IMG/VR virus record: IMGVR_UViG_3300047094_002559
Length of the DNA: 64,000 nucleotides
Source: an uncultured virus (IMG/VR IMGVR_UViG_3300047094_002559)
Taxonomy: Duplodnaviria > Heunggongvirae > Uroviricota > Caudoviricetes
Reading direction: 5' to 3' (one strand)
The notes below the pieces were generated by a model. It searched no databases. It was not told where the DNA came from and saw only the letters and a list, made by a program, of their open reading frames with translations. Within the stretch, counting starts at the first letter, position 1; each line of letters starts with the position of its first letter. Shown one piece after another: positions 62,352 through 64,000 of this stretch. The position numbers and the translations under genes are program-made.

Positions 62352-64000
62352 TCAGGCGGTTTCGACGAAGCTCACGTTCTCAGGATCGACAGCGTAACGC
62401 ACGGTGCGGTTGGTTGCTGCCCAGGCGTCGGCAGGTCCTCCCGGTGAGATCTCCCCGTCGACGATCTCATACGGATTGTTGACCGTCGCGATGTCCGTAA
62501 ACGTGGGGATGTAGAGCGCGTCCGATTCCGTCGCCCAGTCCGCCGTGATGTCCGCATCACCAGGATCAGCGATCGCGACGCGCAGCAAGCGTGAAGCTGC
62601 CGAGACCAGTATGCGCCCAGCGACGCCCACCGCGATGATTTTGTCCGCTCCGGCGTTGCGCATGATGTCGTAGATCTCCGTCACGCGAAAATCATCCGGG
62701 TGGCCAGCGGTGCGGAGATACTCCACGATCTTGTCCCTGGCCACGCTGAGCAGCGTCTTCACTCCCTGCTTCTTCACATACGTGATTTCGAGATCATCGA
62801 GGACAAGCAGCGGGCCGGACTTCACGAGCACGTCCACGCCGGCCGGTCGATACTCCGGCGACTCGAGCAACGACGACACCGTTTCGAGCAGCGGATCAGC
62901 GTCGTAGGTGATGGTGAAAATGGCATACTGATCGCCGTCATCCTCGCTCAGCGGAATCAGCGGCACGTCCAAACCGTCCACGATCGGCACCAGCGACAAG
63001 TAGAGCGACTCGAACCGCGTTCCGCAGTGCAGGCTGCCGTAGAGATCGGCGCGATCGGTTTTGCTGAACACCGCATAAGAACTCACCAGCGACTCGGTCG
63101 TGGTGCCGGACCACTCGATGCTGACGATCCGCGACGCGCGGTGAAGCAACGGCAGCAGGCCGCGGAACACTTTGTCCCCGACCGACGGTTGCACGTAGTC
63201 CAGGCGGACGCTCTGCGTGATGCGCTGCATGTCCCGAGCCGACCGGAAGTAGACGTCGACGGAGGGCGCCGTCAGCGCGAGCGCCGAACCTGCGGCGATT
63301 CGCTGCATCTCAGCGTCGCTCGGGACGATAGGTGAGACCATGTTGGACTCCGGCCAGTTGCGATACACCAGCGCCTTCGTGGACGCGCGCGACCCGGACG
63401 TCAGCGAGCAGGCGATCTTGCGCGCCGTGCGCGCCAAGTCAGACAGTGTAGCTGACGGCACGCCCGACGTGAAAGTGATGGCCGCCGCAATGCCGACGAG
63501 CGTCGTCGCGATCTCAGTGGCTGCGCCTTCCGTGCCGATTTCGATTGGCGCGCTCAGTGTGCCTTCCACCGGCAAGTCCACCGCCCAAGTGTTGGCGGTC
63601 GTCTGCGCCAGAATGTAGGTGTCAGCCGCCCCGGTGTGCGTGCTGCCGGCGGCCAGTATCTGGACGTAGGTGGCGTCCGGGTTGACCGCCTTCAGAACCC
63701 AATCGTCGTCAGCGGCGAAGCGGAAGCGAATCGTGCGATCCAAACTGACGGCGTTTGGACTCGAGAAGGTCAGACGCACCAGACCAAACGCCCGCAGGTT
63801 CTCCACGTCGTAGACCCCGAAATTCCCGAGGTAGGCCTTCACAAACTCGCATGAGTAGATCAGCCCTTCGGCGACGTTGCCCAGGTCCAGGTCGCTCATG
63901 AACCTGCTGTGCGCTTCGTTCGTGGCTGCCCTGCGCAGTGCCAGCGGGGTGATGACGAGATCGCCGGTCGGCGTACCTGGCGCCAGGTCCACGTCGGGCA
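62352..64000 (-). CDS. Putative baseplate J-like protein (5' end outside the window)
   Basis: DLAPGTPTGDLVITP N-terminal motif, AFGLVRLTFS, SGVPSAT...SL, AEMQR...VDVY and C-terminal DVLVKS...I.EYL pattern. Confidence 0.55.
   Translation of the reverse strand, partial: PDVDLAPGTPTGDLVITPLALRRAATNEAHSRFMSDLDLGNVAEGLIYSCEFVKAYLGNFGVYDVENLRAFGLVRLTFSSPNAVSLDRTIRFRFAADDDWVLKAVNPDATYVQILAAGSTHTGAADTYILAQTTANTWAVDLPVEGTLSAPIEIGTEGAATEIATTLVGIAAAITFTSGVPSATLSDLARTARKIACSLTSGSRASTKALVYRNWPESNMVSPIVPSDAEMQRIAAGSALALTAPSVDVYFRSARDMQRITQSVRLDYVQPSVGDKVFRGLLPLLHRASRIVSIEWSGTTTESLVSSYAVFSKTDRADLYGSLHCGTRFESLYLSLVPIVDGLDVPLIPLSEDDGDQYAIFTITYDADPLLETVSSLLESPEYRPAGVDVLVKSGPLLVLDDLEITYVKKQGVKTLLSVARDKIVEYLRTAGHPDDFRVTEIYDIMRNAGADKIIAVGVAGRILVSAASRLLRVAIADPGDADITADWATESDALYIPTFTDIATVNNPYEIVDGEISPGGPADAWAATNRTVRYAVDPENVSFVETA

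Noticed and set aside
1..64000. tRNA/rRNA genes, integrase, transposase, major capsid protein, RNAP beta-prime catalytic motif
   Set aside because: None recognised by eye; they may lie outside the window or be too divergent. tRNAscan-SE and HMM searches would settle it.

Overview
This window is part of a large, GC-rich tailed-phage (jumbo-phage-like, probably contractile-tailed) genome, not a cellular chromosome. Genes are dense, mostly on the minus strand, and often coupled by ATGA overlaps. Layout: 1-12.8 kb holds putative virion/head proteins rich in K-x-A motifs, a probable portal, and two separate genes carrying pieces of an RNA polymerase beta subunit, each fused to unrelated domains. 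12.8-50 kb is a replication/recombination block: RecQ with an intein, a RecA-like protein with a degenerate P-loop, UDG-like/PolA polymerase, PIF1, MazG-like, GP88-like, DnaG-like primase, DnaB-like helicase with an intein, RecU-like resolvase, SF2 helicase, a solitary RAMP/Cas7-like protein, SbcCD, RNase H and two HNH-type nucleases. It also contains a 260-bp nested palindrome (candidate origin or telomere-like site). 50-54 kb is a terminase large subunit broken into two genes joined by an atypically split intein. 54-55.5 kb is three stacked promoter-cargo-terminator cassettes, including a ~290-nt candidate structured ncRNA and a switch-like leader RNA. 55.5-64 kb holds head and baseplate-type genes. 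All calls come from reading motifs by eye; no database searches or folding programs were run.
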